Origin: Hamiltosporidium tvaerminnensis FI-OER-3-3
Lineage: Eukaryota > Fungi > Microsporidia
Length of the DNA stretch: 64,000 nt
Assembly (NCBI GenBank): GCA_022605425.2
Contig: CM061250.1
Coordinates: forward strand, 62,001 to 126,000
Direction of reading: 5' to 3'
The first letter of the stretch is position 1, and each line of letters opens with the position of its first letter. Under the pieces are notes generated by a model. The model saw only the letters and a list, made by a program, of their open reading frames with translations. It was not told the DNA's origin and did not search any database. Position numbers and translations under genes: made by a program. Below, in pieces: positions 27,550-41,830 of this stretch.

Positions 27550-30000
27550 TTAGGAATATTGTAGTAAAACAATGAATTTTTGTTTTTTAATTATTAAACT
27601 GAAGATTCTTCTATAAAGCAAAAATAATTTATTTTTTTCAAATATGTCAACTACAAAAAGATTAAAATATTTGTGTTTTGAATAAATTAATTTATTAAAT
27701 ATATAAAATTTTTAGTATTAAAGCGTTCATTTTAAATTATTTTTTATCTGTTGAAATTATTTTACATTTCTTTTAAAGATTTTTTTTTTATTTTTTTTTA
27801 ATTTAATAAAATGTAATTTCAAAATTTCTAAAACCAATAACCAATATAATAGAAATATATTTCCACCTAAAGAGTTCCTTATAAAAACAAATTTTTTAAA
27901 AATAATATTCGTATCCTAGAATTTAAAAGATTTGAAAAATAGAAGAAAGGGAATCGGCAACATAACAGCTTAAGAATATTGTTGCTTACTTGTTATACTA
28001 GAAGATGTAAAATTCCTATTCCTACACAAATTTTAGAAAACATTTGAAATCTGAATGAGAAAATATGCTAGATGAATATGAAATTTTTTATTGAAAAGGC
28101 ATTTGTATCATTAGAAATAGGTTGGCTTTAAATTCGAGCAAATACGAATATAATTTGTTGTGTCTATGAAGTTGAAGATTCTCTAATTTCTTTTGCATTC
28201 TATGGAAAGGCTGAAGTATGTATACAGAAATATTGCTATGCTGCTTGAATAAGAGCTAAACGAATTTCTTTAAACATAGATAGATATTTTTCTAAATTTC
28301 TTTGATGTTGCTGCTAATTTGTATTTTCAAGAAACAATCGCTAATGAGCGAACAGTAAGGTGTGATAAACTGTTTATAATATGAGAAATTTGTTAAATAA
28401 ACAGAAGGAATGATGCATTGAATCATTAAAATAAATTTTTATGTGATGTTATATTTTTTCTTTATTTTCTTGTTTTCTCTATTTGTTTTTATTTGTATAA
28501 CTTACATAAGGCTTTTTATTGATTATTACAATTCGCTTTAAATTGATCTAAAGCTTGGCAATTAAGTTCATTTGTTAATTTTTGCAATTTTCGTACCGTG
28601 GTTAGTAACGCAGGTCGTTTTATTTTATAAATTATAAATGAGTTTTTCTTCTTATATAGGATATATCCGTGGTTTTCAAAAATGAGTCCAGAGAAGATGA
28701 TTTAGCAAAGTGATTTTACAAAGTCTAACTTTAAAATCTTTAAATTGCACAGATGAGTTGTTATGTTTCTTTATAATAGGTTAAAATTTTTCACCAGCCC
28801 ATTCTACTGTGTGTAAAAGGTTAAACATGCGCGTAATATCTGATTCGCTAAGAAAAGTATGAATTAAATCGACTTTGCAACTTTAATGAAAAGCTTTTAG
28901 ATTATAACTCAATCAATTAGTGCGAAGTTTCTTTTTATAATATATTCAAAGTCATAAAGCATACTGTTGAAATTTTTTACAAGCGTAAAGTCAATTCGTG
29001 TTTTGTTGTAATTATTCTACTTAAAAAAGGAACAAATTAAATAATCTTAATAGTGATTTTAGTATCTCTTATATGCAATTTAGATCGTTGCCAATGTTCG
29101 GATTTAATTTAATCAATTTTAGGCAGAAATACTATGATATTATAAATACATTATCGTTCTATCAATTTTTTTTATTTTATTTTATTTTGTCTTTAATTTT
29201 CTATTGATAGAAATATGCTAGTTTTATTTCAAATTTTTCAAACCTTTCATTTATAATTTTAAGTTTATATCAAAATTGTTACGCGTAGGAACCTATGAAT
29301 GAACATAAATACATGATAAAAGCAAATCTAGACCTTTTCGCAGAACTTAAAATTCTAACTAAATTTTTTTTGTATAGACATGGATTGTTCGTATAGATAT
29401 TAAACCCCTGTAAACCTTTACATATAAAATCGCAGCTAAAATAGTTATAAGTAGGGCTATTTAGATGACTAGGAACAAATTTGTATTTTAGTTATGTGAT
29501 TTTACAACATTTTTGAGTTAGCATTTAGTTTTACATATTTTTGGTTTATCATAATTTATTGTATTTCCTTATCAAGCTATTCTTTATACAATGAAAGGTT
29601 CATGTGATTAAAAACGCAGGTTATGAGAATACAATATGAAACGTTTTATAATAGAAGACTTTCAGAGACAAAAAAACTATTATAACCTTATAATAGAGAA
29701 CTGGTATAATTTTTAGATGTGTGGATTGTTTAAATCAAGCATATTAAATTTTTTTGTAAAGTTGTAAATTTTAAAGTTAACTTATTGCTATAAAATAAAT
29801 GTATTTTGAAAAAAATTCATGCATAATGAATGCTATAACCAATTATTCATGTATAATTAAATAAAAAATATTAAATTTCTTACTTGCATGACTCTCAAGA
29901 TTTATTTTGGGTATTCCTGTAGCTTATATGTCTATTCTTTATATTATAATGGTTTTTCTTTTAAAAGACAGACCTTATACATTATTAGAAATATTATGCC
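27550..30000 (+). pseudogene. Degenerate probable LRR-like pseudogene
   Basis: Fragments such as NNIRILEFKRFEK (~27901) and ANLDLFAELKILTKF (~29322); many stops. Confidence 0.3.
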
Positions 30001-30729
30001 ATGAAATGAATTTAATCGAATACAAATCAAATAGATTCGCGTTATAATAGATCTAATTGATGTGTAATGCTTTATATTCTTTTTTTATGGAATAGTTTTT
30101 TTAGTATAATTAAATCAAAACAATAAGTTGATTAGTCTATATTAGGATATACATTATTTTTCATTGAATAATAAATTTATTTATAAAAAAATGACTATTG
30201 AATAATTTATTATCTAAATTTCTTGATGGTAATATTAATTCAATAAGATTTTAAATACTGTTTGTCTGATTATATTCAATAAATATTTTAGATAGGAAAT
30301 TAAATTGTGTTTTGTGAATCCAGATTGTTTTATTGACATGAATATTCAATGTAAAAATTTTGAAAACATGCATTTCAATCAGCCAATCAAAAAGTAGCTA
30401 AAAAAACCCTTAAATAAAGTGCGACTTAAACTAAATAGGAAATACACAAAGAGTTCATAATATACTAAGAAATCAAAGATCTCTAAGATAAATATGTAAT
30501 TGGGGGGATCGAACACCAAATATTTCAATTGCGAATTGGGAAAAAAAGATTCTAATTAATTAAAATTAAATTTTCCAAATTGTTCTTTGTTAAATAATCG
30601 TAATAAATGTACAAAGACAACCACTAACGTTCATGTCCTTTCGCAACAACTTTTAGCGTTTTATGCCTAAAAATAGTTGAAACTTTTCTACCACCTTGAT
30701 TAATATAAAAGAACGGCCGAAGGAACGGA

Positions 30730-31316
30730 TTGCAACGGAAAATATGGTTGGGATTGAAAACAAAACACGGAAATTCATTTAGAACAATTAATGAGGCTGA
30801 TGCAAATAATGCAAATAGCAAGACGGTTTTAAAGGTATCCAAGGATCATATGGATAAAGTTATAGCCGGAGAATCCCCGTTCCCTATAAAAAAATACTTT
30901 TTTTCATATTTTAAAGGAATTAAAAGAAAAAGAACACGTTCATACAAACTCGCTCTGACGGCTATAAATGAGAATAGGCGAGATTTATCATAAACTTTTA
31001 CTTTTCAAGTTAAGATACGTTAGAATTCATATGTATAGACAAATGTAAAGATGATGTTATACATTCATTTGAAATATTGACTGCAAAAGGTCTTAAAGAC
31101 TGTCGTGAAATAGATGAACAAAAGCATTTTATTCATATCTAACTTAAAGAGAGAATGAAACGCACTTATTAAAGAAAGCATAACACAAAGGCGAGAATTA
31201 AAAGATTTGCAGGTCAATTGAATAATGTAAATAGGAAAGAATTATCCGAGTTTCTTTTTGGAGCAAATAAAGGGGGTAAAAGGTATTGGCTCAGACAAGA
31301 AACTTTTCCCCGATGA
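30730..31316 (+). pseudogene. LINE ORF1 remnant
   Basis: Track ORF 30730..30993, followed after a frameshift by IDKCKDDVIHSFEILTAKGLKDCREIDEQKHFIHI*LKERMKRTY*RKHNTKARIKRFAGQLNNVNRKELSEFLFGANKGGKRYWLRQETFPR-TGA, directly upstream of the APE start. Confidence 0.6.
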
Positions 31317-34039
31317 AAATAAAAACATTGAAGTTATATAATATTGGCTTTCATAACCTAGAAGGTTTTTCCGAGAACAAAATAGGTGCAAAAAATCAAC
31401 TTTTAGAGAAGAATTAATTAAGTATTTTTGCTTTGGCTGAAACGTGGCGAGATGATATTGAAAAATTAGATTCAAAATATAAAATATCTGCTATCCTAAT
31501 TTTAAAAATATCCAAAAATATACTCAAATAAAAGAAATGCTAGCATTGGCTCGTAATTTATTTTACTACCCATAATACCATCGATTATTGATTTTCGAGT
31601 CGTATAAAGCTGTGTTATACTTTTATATATTTTATTTGCAAGTCTCCATCTAGTAATTCGTCAAAAATAATCATCTCTTTTTCGCTTAAATTTATAAAAG
31701 TTAATATTTTGGTGTCAGTGGCTATAATTCGGAACCAGCTACGTGGTAGGAACAACAAATATTGAACAGAAACATTGCACTGGGTAGATTTAAAACAAAA
31801 AATATATTCTTTTGCATATAACATGGAAACTAATTTTCAAGATAGATAAGGTTTTGTCGAATTCGCCTATAAGCAGAAGTCTTAGGGATTAAAAACATAA
31901 ATCACAAAATGATTTAAATTATTATTTAACAGGCAGAAAATAAATACTAAATTTGTGTAATAATTATATCTTAAAAATTACTGCCATTCGTTTAAAGATA
32001 ATACCTAGGATTCTGTTTTTAAAAGAAAGGAATGAAAGTTTATTTGAATAATCTGCTTATGAGAAAGCTTAATGTTTTACTTAAAATATTATTCAGAACA
32101 TCAAGAATACGGTAAATACGGGAAAGAACGCAAAGGTGTGTCATGAGCTGGATTTGTCACATTTATAGCGAAGAAGAAAAACAGCTCGCAAGAAAAAAAA
32201 ATGACGTATTATTTAAAAATATATTATGATAAGTACAAGCCCAAAGCAGAAATATACAGAAAATTAGTTGAGGCAATCAGAAAAAAACTTATGTTAACTT
32301 AAATCTAGGTGAAATTTTAAAAATTGTAAGTTATACCATTTCTAAAAGTCTAGGTTATAAAGAGCAATAGATTTGCTACGATCCAACTTCGAAAACGCAG
32401 AGACATCTCATTAGTAAGAATATAAGATATAATATGTGAAATGTCTAGAAACGTTCATGGTGATAACTGCAACAAAGAGCTGATAAAATAGATGTAATTA
32501 CTTTCGCAGATATGGTACATGATATAACTCTTTTACAATGTAGAAACTTAAGCGAATAGAGTGGAATAAATAATGAAAGCCTAAAACCATGCCTAGAAAT
32601 TTTCTTAAACATCCGAACAACGTAATTAGTACGATTGTTTTGACCTAACGTGCCTACGGCGTGGAAAATACATAAAAATGAATTGATAAGAAAGGAAATG
32701 AGGCCTATGGGCCGTTCGCGTTGATGTAAAAAAATTAAAGTATTCTGAAGGATCATAAAAAGAAAATTTTAATTGTTTATCGCAATCTTCAAACAGGTTT
32801 TCAAGAAAAAGCGTTGACACTGAATAATGCAATATGTGTAGATTATTTTTTGCGTTAAGGGTGAGGGAAGCTCAATCTGTTTTCGAATAATATAAAATCA
32901 GCGAGTGATACCGAGTTATGAGAAGAAGTATACAAGAAATTATTGAACTCATAAAATTTTAAAAAGATCATGTTTTTCTTATTGCAGAACTCGTTCAAAA
33001 CTCTATGTATATTACAGTAGAGGGGACTTGTTAATAGAATTCACGCTAGGTTCTAGGGGATCGCTACGAAGGATTGTCATATTATCTGATCTTTTTAAGG
33101 TTTTTCGATCACATTATTTTATATATCCCTTCATTAAAGAAAAAAAGCATTTTTATATATGCTGAAGAAATATTTATATATGTTTTAATATCAAAACAGA
33201 TTTCTAAACTAATATAATACATCCAAAAACATTCACATGATAACAAATATCGGCTAAAAGAAACAAAGGGACTGTTTATAAGGCAAAAATCAAAGATTAG
33301 CATCAGAATAATTGATATAGGACTAGTAAAACAAGGTTTTATCAATATCGTGGCTTTTTCTTAAATTTAAAATGTGTTTATACAAGGTGTTCGTTTAAGG
33401 AACTTATAAAACACGCTCTGAGGTCAGCTATTTCTGAGGATCAGCCTTTAGCAAAAATTTGAAAAAGATAACCCTCTGTTTTTTGCAATGCTCTTTAAGG
33501 GTTATCTTATGCTGATCTACCGAAATTTGATTTTATGTTCATTTACTAGCAGCAAATAGTGCTTTCGTCTTAATAACAGAAGAATTTAAAGGGGCTTTGG
33601 TGTATTTTTTCTCGGTAATTAGGAAAACATCTAGTACCTAAATATATGCCTGTTTCCGATTGAAACAATACAACAAAGGTTAATCTGACTTACATTTGCT
33701 CTCGTTTTCAGAATTCCTGAAAACAAAGAAACACGTTTGTAGTATGAAGTTATAAGAAACAATACAAAGATTTTTAAGTTTATAAAAGATATATGTGTCT
33801 AATATGTATTTGAAGATAGCGTTAGTTCAATTAAAATTTTAAAATAATTAAAAATGAATGCCTTAATAAGAATAGAAAAATTTTGGAAGGATCTTACACT
33901 GTTAAAATATTATGATTTTGATTTGATTGGTTTTAAAGACTTCCAAAGAATTTTAATTTTTTTAAAGCAAGAAAAATTTAATATCGTACAAGCAATAAAA
34001 GATTTTTTCGAAAAAAAAAGAAATAAGCCTCTTATGTAG
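31313..34039 (+). pseudogene. LINE ORF2 (APE endonuclease plus reverse transcriptase) pseudogene
   Basis: ATG at 31313 is in frame with the APE motifs; RT motifs 0-7 are recognisable despite stops and frameshifts; ends with track ORF 33854..34039. Confidence 0.85.
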
Positions 34040-37000
34040 TATTAGGTCTTGGACATACGTACATTTTCAATGTAATTGTATTTTTTTATTAAGCAATTAT
34101 ATTAAGTTTGAAATAAACTGATTTTTTTGTTCTTTTCTATTCCTATTTTTTTTATTTTAATTCCAGTTTTATCTAAATTATAATTTTAAACACATTCTTG
34201 CAAACTTATAAAATTTTTAGTTTTAAATTGCACGTTTTGTTTAATTGGATTTTTTTTAGATATTTTTCTGCCTATAATATATATTTTATATCTATTTTAT
34301 TTTTACGTAAGGTTATGAAGCAACTCTCAATTTAATTTTTGTTTAAAATTTAGAAATGTTATTCGTTGGATTTCTACCAAAAATATTTAGAAGGCATACC
34401 ATTGTATTAAATCAATGGTTTTTTTTAGTATTTAGATATTTATGTGGATTAAATTTTATTTGCTCCTTTTAACAATGGTCACTAAATTATTTTCTTTGTA
34501 ATTTGTATAGGTTAATATCTTCTAATGTTTCTTTGCATTATTATAAAAAAAGTGGCATTTTTTTTTATATAATAGACTTTTTATTCCAGAGTTAGAAGTA
34601 TAGTCTGTATTTATTAAGTTTAATGTCTTTTTAACTATTTATATCAATTTTATTAATTTAGTTACATCTTTTTACAAATATATAGTACTTTTGGAAATTC
34701 TTTTCATATTTCTAGGAGTAGAGCTAAATTTACCTTTTATAAATCTATTCAATTTTACCGGTTTATAACTAATTACATTCGTTTGTTTAAACGTAAAATA
34801 AATAAATAAAAAGTTGTGAGGACTTTTAACATTTTTTAAATAATATTGCATATCTTTTTAAAGATTTCTTTATATTTTTAACTTTTTGAGTCAAAATTTT
34901 AATTCCATCGAAATTTATTGCACAATTTTACAATCTAATTATTAAATATTCTTTTAAATATTCTTTTAAATATTTTTTTAGCAGTTTTCTTTTGAAGTGA
35001 TTGAGATGTAAAGCTAACTTTGTTTATAAAAAATCTTGACTAATATACTTAATTTGAAATGTTTTTGCATATTCTTACAGGAAATGATAAAAATATGCTT
35101 TTGTTTTAAGGACGGTTATATAAAATAGAACAGATATACAATCGAACCAGGTTTATCATAATTAACTCCATGCTTCATAGTATTTTGGCTTATAAACCAC
35201 TCAAAAAAATTTCTTATGAACTTTTATAATTCTTATTATATTTATATTGCCGAAAATGTAATTTGAAACAAAAACTTATTCTTATATAACTAAAATATAT
35301 TTGTTAATCATTATTATTTTCGAGCAATACTTTAATAAATGTAATTTTTAGGAAATTAAATAAAGCAAGATCTGTATTCCTTGTTGAATATTAATTTACA
35401 TGGTGTCTATTTTAAAAATAGTTAGATAACAGTATTTTAATAAGCTCTAGGTTTAGAGAAAGTGATGTATGACAATAGATTGCTTTAGTTACAAAGCAAA
35501 CTTAACTAATTTCTGTTTGTTTATAAATCAATTAAAGTTTGTAGTTTAGTAAATATGCTTCAAACCACATTTAATTTATATAGAAAAGAATATTGGATCT
35601 TTTCAATTGAAAAATATGTTTATGATACTAATAAAGAATATTTAAAGTCTATAATTTTAAAAAAATGGTTTTAACGAAATTAATTGTATTATACAGAAAG
35701 TAATAAAGTGTATAAATCATAAAAAAAAACAGTACTTTTAAACAAATTATAATTTTTACAATAGATTAATTCATATTAATACGCGATATGAACGAAAAAA
35801 GTACATATATTGAGATTCAATCATTATTTATATTAAAAGCCGGGCATATTTTAGCTAATGGTTGTGTTTGTAAGATTTTTATTAGAAAAAAAAAGTAATG
35901 TACAATATTCAGATAATGATATGAGAAAGAAACCAAATTTGGCCTCGATGTGGTATTTTTATGTAAATGAAAAAGGAAAAGTATATTATGACGCTGCGCT
36001 CGTTTCAATAATGTAAGGCTGTATAAATTTAATCTCTAGGTTATTTTTAACTATACGCATTTTAAAGTACGTTTAGAAAATTTATAGCTTGAATGATAAC
36101 TTAAAACCAGTTGTATGTTTGATAGAAGCAAATTTCATAGGTAGAACTTTAGTAAGGTTTCAATAGGAAACCAACTTGAGAGTTTTAAAAATGTGGTTTT
36201 TTATACACATTACACATAATCAATGCCTTTCGTATGTTTATAATTAATTTTTATGATATTGTTAAATATTGCAAAGTTGAGCGTGTATTTTATTAAAGAA
36301 ATACAAAACGTTTTAATTAAAAGAAAATAGATTATACTGATTCTGTCTAATAAAAAAAAACAAATAATGTACTTGTACATGTGGTTGTACAATCAAAACA
36401 ATTTTAAATAAGTAGTGTAATAAAGTTAATATAAGCATTGTATGTGAATACCCGAATTAAAGAATTTGTTATATTTATTTTATTTTTTAACTACTACAAT
36501 AGATACAAGTGTGTTTTTTTAAAAATTCATACAATTCAATAAGGACTACTTTTTTATTTTATAATCATCTAATTTCTATAATTTATTTTACTTAAATTTT
36601 TTAGTTAACACATTTACATAGGAAACATTTAAGAAATCAAGAATATATCGTAAAAACGGTCGAACAGATATTAGGTACAATCCACTTTATTTTTATTTTA
36701 TAATTTAAAAGAATCATGTAAAGACCTATTATAAAAAATAATTTGGTCTAAAAAAATTTTAAAAGATAAATAATATTATGTAGTCATTTGTAGGATAATA
36801 TTGCCATATAAATCAATCAATATATAAATTTTGAAATTAAATAACAAGATAATAATTGAATTGAGGTAAAAGTAAAGCTGATAGGGTCATTTAAATAAAA
36901 AAATATGTATTAATATGTGGAAAATATAAAGTTGTAATTATTCACAGATATTATCAAATTAGAAATACACGTTTTCGTAAAACGGTATAAAATATGCAAA

Positions 37001-40000
37001 ATGGTTACGGTTGTTCTATTCTGTATTTTTTGACTCTATTTTGCTACCAAATGTATATATATTTAACCCTATATAACAATAAGAAAACTGTATAAAGTTC
37101 TTGTTAAATTTGGTTTAAACGCTTTAATATATTTTACTATATTTTATGTTCTTTTCTATAAGGACTTTTCAAAAATTTGATGCACCACATTATACTAAAA
37201 CCGGTAAAAACTTTTTATGTATGAATTAACATAAATTTTACCGTGTACAACGTTTATAGATTAAATTTTAGAGTTTTCTATATAATTATAATATCCTAAA
37301 TTTTAAAAATCTTTAAATATTCTTTTAGCATTTTTATTATTTTATATTTTTTACAAACCTATAGATTTTTAGAAAGTGGTAAAAAGGTTTAAAAAAAATG
37401 TTTTTTATGGTTAAGTTTTTCTATAGTATTTAGAAGATTATGAATAGATTAAATTAATTTTTATTTTTAGCATAATTTTATACCTTGCATTTTTATTATT
37501 TTTTGAGTGAAATTTTATAGATTTGGAAAGTTTTAATCTTGCTTTACATTTAGTGGCTTTTTTGAAAGGCGTTACTGTTCTTAATATCAGATTTGCTATT
37601 ACGCTTAAATACTTTAAATAGTATTTACATTTCTTAGATATATTAAAGTTTTATAAGATTTGATTGAGTCTTAACTTATATAATTAATTTTATTGGATTT
37701 ATAAAATTTTTATAAGACTTTTCATTCTCACATGATATTTTAAATTTTTATTGAATTTATTAAATACTTACAAAATTTATATAATTCATTTAGGTTTTAT
37801 TAATTTTTCTAAGATTAATAGAATATTTGAAAGGTATTTGCTACGTCATAACTAATTTTGCAGAAATATAGATTACTTTATAAAGATTTTATAACAATTC
37901 TGGTTTTTTACTTTAAAATATGATTATTTTGTTTGACGATTTTTGGATTTCTTTACACTTATTATATTTCTTACTGATGTTTTATATTCAGATTAAGATC
38001 AAAATTTTATAATACATAAAATTAAAGCATATATTCTTTTATAAAATGTTTTTAGATTCTAAAATATATAAATTTAATGTCTTTTGGTCACTTTGAATGT
38101 ATAACTTTGATATATATTTTTATATCATAGTTTTTTAAATAAAAAGTATTAAAAGAAAAAAGAATATTTATCTTATTTGAGATTAAAGATATTTGTTCTA
38201 TCTTATATGTTGGTTAATGAATTATTATGTTTAGTTTTTATTTAAATATGACAAATACAATTTATTTTTGGGGAATAGGTTAAATTACAAATATAAAATT
38301 CAATATCAAAGTTAAACCGTTATAATATTCAAAAATTTGAAGCTTAAACCCGCAATTAAAAGTAATATAATTTTTATTTCAAATCATACATATTTTTTGT
38401 TTTTAACAGTTATTTTACAATTATATTATTTACATATAGTTTCTACAAAGATATTTGTAATTGGTTCATTTGAAGAAAGTTGTCATCAGTTTTACGACCT
38501 AAAGAAACAAGAAGATCAAACTATACATACATTAAATTTACTAAAATATTGTATTAGTTTAAAATATATAATTTTGTATAACTAATAAAAAATCTGTACT
38601 AAAAATGTATTATAGAAATCTTAATCCCTGTTTTGAATTATTCAAAAGATTAAGTAATTTGGGTTGTACTCAATAAAATTCTCTACAATAATTATCTTAT
38701 GTACTATTCTCTGGTTTTCTTAGAATATTATACATATTATATATATTTTGTAAAAAAAAATACTAGCTGCTTTGGCAAATACGCGTTTACATATATATTT
38801 TATTCTTAATATAAGTTAAATTTAAGAAATTCCACACTCGTAAGTTCGTATGCTTCTTTTTGTTACAATACTATGTTATTTTGATTTAATTAAAAGAAAA
38901 TAGAGAATTGTCTGAAAATTTTCTCATATACACAAAGTTACAATAAAAAATAAAAAATTTAAGACATACATATTTGCTTATAGAAGCATTCCTGTTTTTA
39001 GCACTTTTGTTCAAAATAAAATTGTAGTCAAAGGATATGCATCTTGAATGTGACAAATAAAGATTTTAATTTTTTTTTAAATTAGTAAATAATAATATAT
39101 ATGATTACATGTAGGAATTATTTTAAATCTATATCTATAGTTTTTAAACAATAAATTTATTTTAGATAAACAAGGTGTGAAATTAATATATTTTACAGCT
39201 ATTTTTATAATTTATTCTTTTTATTTTTAATTTAAATTTATGCAATATTCAGATTCGGTTAATGCAAAAAAAAAATATGAAAATAATTATAAATACAGGG
39301 ATATACTTTTAAAACATCTAGGATGATTTAAGAGAAGTAAAGAACATTATTTAAATATGTTTTCTTAAAGATTAAAATAGTTTCGAAGGGTAAGTTGTAA
39401 ATGATGTAAGTATCAATTGGGTTAGGGATAAATCAAATTATGATTAGATAGGAATCGTTTAAAGAATAGCTTTTCTAATATTGAACTAATTTAATTTAAA
39501 TACGTGTTTAAATGAGATTAGTTTTAGCGAAGTTTACAAGTATAAATATCCAAAGGTTTTTCCTTTTGTGGCATCTTCTAAGGCTTACCTTAAAGAATAC
39601 CTTTAGAATATTTGATGCTCTATAGAAAAAACTTTCATCTTTTGAACTACTTGAGCTTTGACTGTACTGAGGTATGAGCCAAATAAAACAACTGCCCTAC
39701 GTTTACTGATAGCAATTCTCTTAAATTTTGAGCTATATTTGCTGCCCTTGTATCTATCCTAGTTAGCTGGATTATGAAAAGACTTACTTGGGTTTTATGT
39801 TATGGGTCTAAATATGATTCAATGGATAGCCATTCTAAATCACATTCGATATTAGAAAACAGTCGAAGAATTTTAAATAAGTGATTTTAATAACTCCGTA
39901 ATGCTCGGTGATAACCAACCAGCACAATCAATTATATTTACAAGAAGTTTAAGTCAATGTGCCGAAACTTGGACAAATTTACCTATATAAATAGAATAGG

Positions 40001-40199
40001 TTTTTAAAGACATATACTTACACAATTAGAAAAACTCCGAAAATCGTTCTTATAAATTTTAAAGTCACATTACCAATTAAACTGATTTATCATCTACTGT
40101 ATCTTACGATTGTAATTCAACTATTTTAAATGCTTTAATTTGGTCATAATCCAAAACCCTGTTTTTTTATTATTTTTTTAGATATGTTGATATGTATTT

Positions 40200-41830
40200 G
40201 AATTTATTCTTAAATAAATGTGTTCGTTCTATGTATTTTTATACAATTATTGTTCTCTTTTCTTTCCTATTCTTTTATCTTAATTCTTCTCTAGTCTTTA
40301 TTTACTAGTTCCTCATCTTTCTTTCTTACTTTTCTTCGATCATTGTTTTATATCTTTATTAGCATTACTTCTCTATAGTTCTATAGATTCCTTTAATTCA
40401 AGCCCGATTTTTTTTCTTATATTTTTCTACTACTATATTTATACTTAAGTTTTTATCTCTTAAAATACTCTCTAATTTGCTATAAATCTTTGTCTAACTC
40501 TTTTTCCTATTTCAGCACTACTCTAATTCCTCTATAGAATTTTTTTCGCTATATCTTTATTTCTATGGTGATATTCTCTTCGCCAAATCATGTTAGGAAA
40601 ATAAGATTTACTCCTTACTACATTTCTAAAATAAATTTTAAATCACGATAGTGAATTTACCTTTTGCCAAAACCTTTATCATATAATATTAGTACCAAAG
40701 CATTTAAATCATAAAAACATAATTCATAAAAAAGATTATTTCCTTAAACAAAATTTGAAAAAAAAAATATAGCAACTGAATAGTAATTATAAAAGAAAGC
40801 AATTTTTAATTATACCTAAGAATTTCCCTAAACAAAATATGAGTAAAAGGAAAGCTTAACTAATTTCTAAACAATGTTTTTTAGTTTTTGATTATACAGA
40901 TTTATTGCTTAAAATTGTTATTGTGTAAATGTTAAAACTTGTTTCCCTATCTATCTTATATTTTTTCCCTAAAAAATTAATTCAGTTTCCCTTACCCTAT
41001 ATCTTCTTACTAGAATACTTATTTTAAAAGATTATTGTAATTGTGTAAATTAAATTATTTTCCCTAACTTTCTTACTTCCCAGCACAATCTTTTTTACTT
41101 ACTTAATCTTTTCTGCCCAACTTTTATTTTTTCAAAATATTACTTTTCCTTAACTAATATTTTTATCTATTTTTTATTTAAATTTCCTAACCAATTCTTC
41201 ACAGCCTTTACTAATTTATTCTTCACTGCCTTTTTTCGTTACTTAATAATATTTTTTTCCTAACTTATTATTTCTCACACACCCTTTACCCTTTTTCTAC
41301 CCTACCATAATCCTTTATTTTCCCTATCCCAATTTTCTTTTCCCTACCTTCTTTTTTTACCCAATTATTTTTTCTCTGGAAATTTCTGCTAAACTGAACT
41401 ATTTTTTTCTTTCTTTATTAGATGTTTTGTCCTATGCTAATCTTTCTTCACCTACACGAATTACACTCACCAATTTTCTTTTTTATAAAAAAATATTTTC
41501 TCAAACAGTTTTCATTTTCCCTATCCAATTATTTTTTTTGTTCAATATAATTTCTTCCATAGATAGTTCTTTTCTTCCTTAAATTTCTTTTTCCCACATT
41601 TTCTTTCTTCCTATATGTACTTCTTTTTATTCCCTAACTACTAATTTTACTCCTTACTAACTCTTTTTAAGTGGGTGATTAATTTCTTCCTTTGATTCTT
41701 CTTTCCATAACGCAATTTTCTGTTCCCTAATTTGCTTTTCCTTTCTTTACTATTTGTTCTTTTCCCTAACATTTCTTTTTCTTTCTATACTTCTCATTTC
41801 CCTGGCCTATCTTGCAAAAATGTTTGAAGT
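40200..41830 (-). other. Polypyrimidine(+)/polypurine(-) low-complexity tract, likely a decayed K/E/R-rich coiled-coil sequence with internal repeats
   Basis: 41281-41340 has 21 C and 0 G. Recurrent TTCCCTA motif; ATTGT(T/A)ATTGTGTAAAT..TTTCCCTA repeats 120 nt apart (~40914, ~41034). Minus frame REMRSIERKRNVREKNK**RKEKQIREQKIALWKEE. Confidence 0.45.

Larger units (their letters stand above)
30600..34039 (+). mobile_element. Old, nearly full-length APE-RT non-LTR retrotransposon (LINE): ORF1 plus ORF2, inactivated
   Basis: Motifs in the expected order: APE MKIKTLKLYNIGFHNLEG (31313-31366) and IFALAETW (31424-31447); RT0 SGINNESLK..LF..VPTAWK (~32560-32670); RT1 KEMRPMG; RT2 LQTGFQEKALTLNNAI (~32790); RT3 NNIKSASDT (DIxxAxD); RT4 remnant near 33055-33105; YAEE in place of YADD (33158-33169); YQYRGFFLN (KYLG); C-terminal FPIETIQQR and FWKDLTLLKYYDF homologous to the 61-62 kb copy. 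Confidence 0.85.

Noticed and set aside
33158-33169. YAEE as a novel RT active-site variant
   Set aside because: It lies in a copy full of stops and frameshifts; the related young copy has YADD.
34942-34977. 12-bp x3 tandem repeat (TTAAATATTCTT), and an 11-bp repeat at ~48372
   Set aside because: Ordinary slippage repeats in AT-rich DNA; no spacers, so not CRISPR-like.
37061-37075. TTAACCCT piggyBac-like terminus
   Set aside because: No matching inverted end or transposase remnant found.
39500-40200. VNIIDCAGW as a GTPase G3-like motif in a stop-suppressed minus frame
   Set aside because: No P-loop or NKxD found; several frames in this purine-rich region read equally protein-like.
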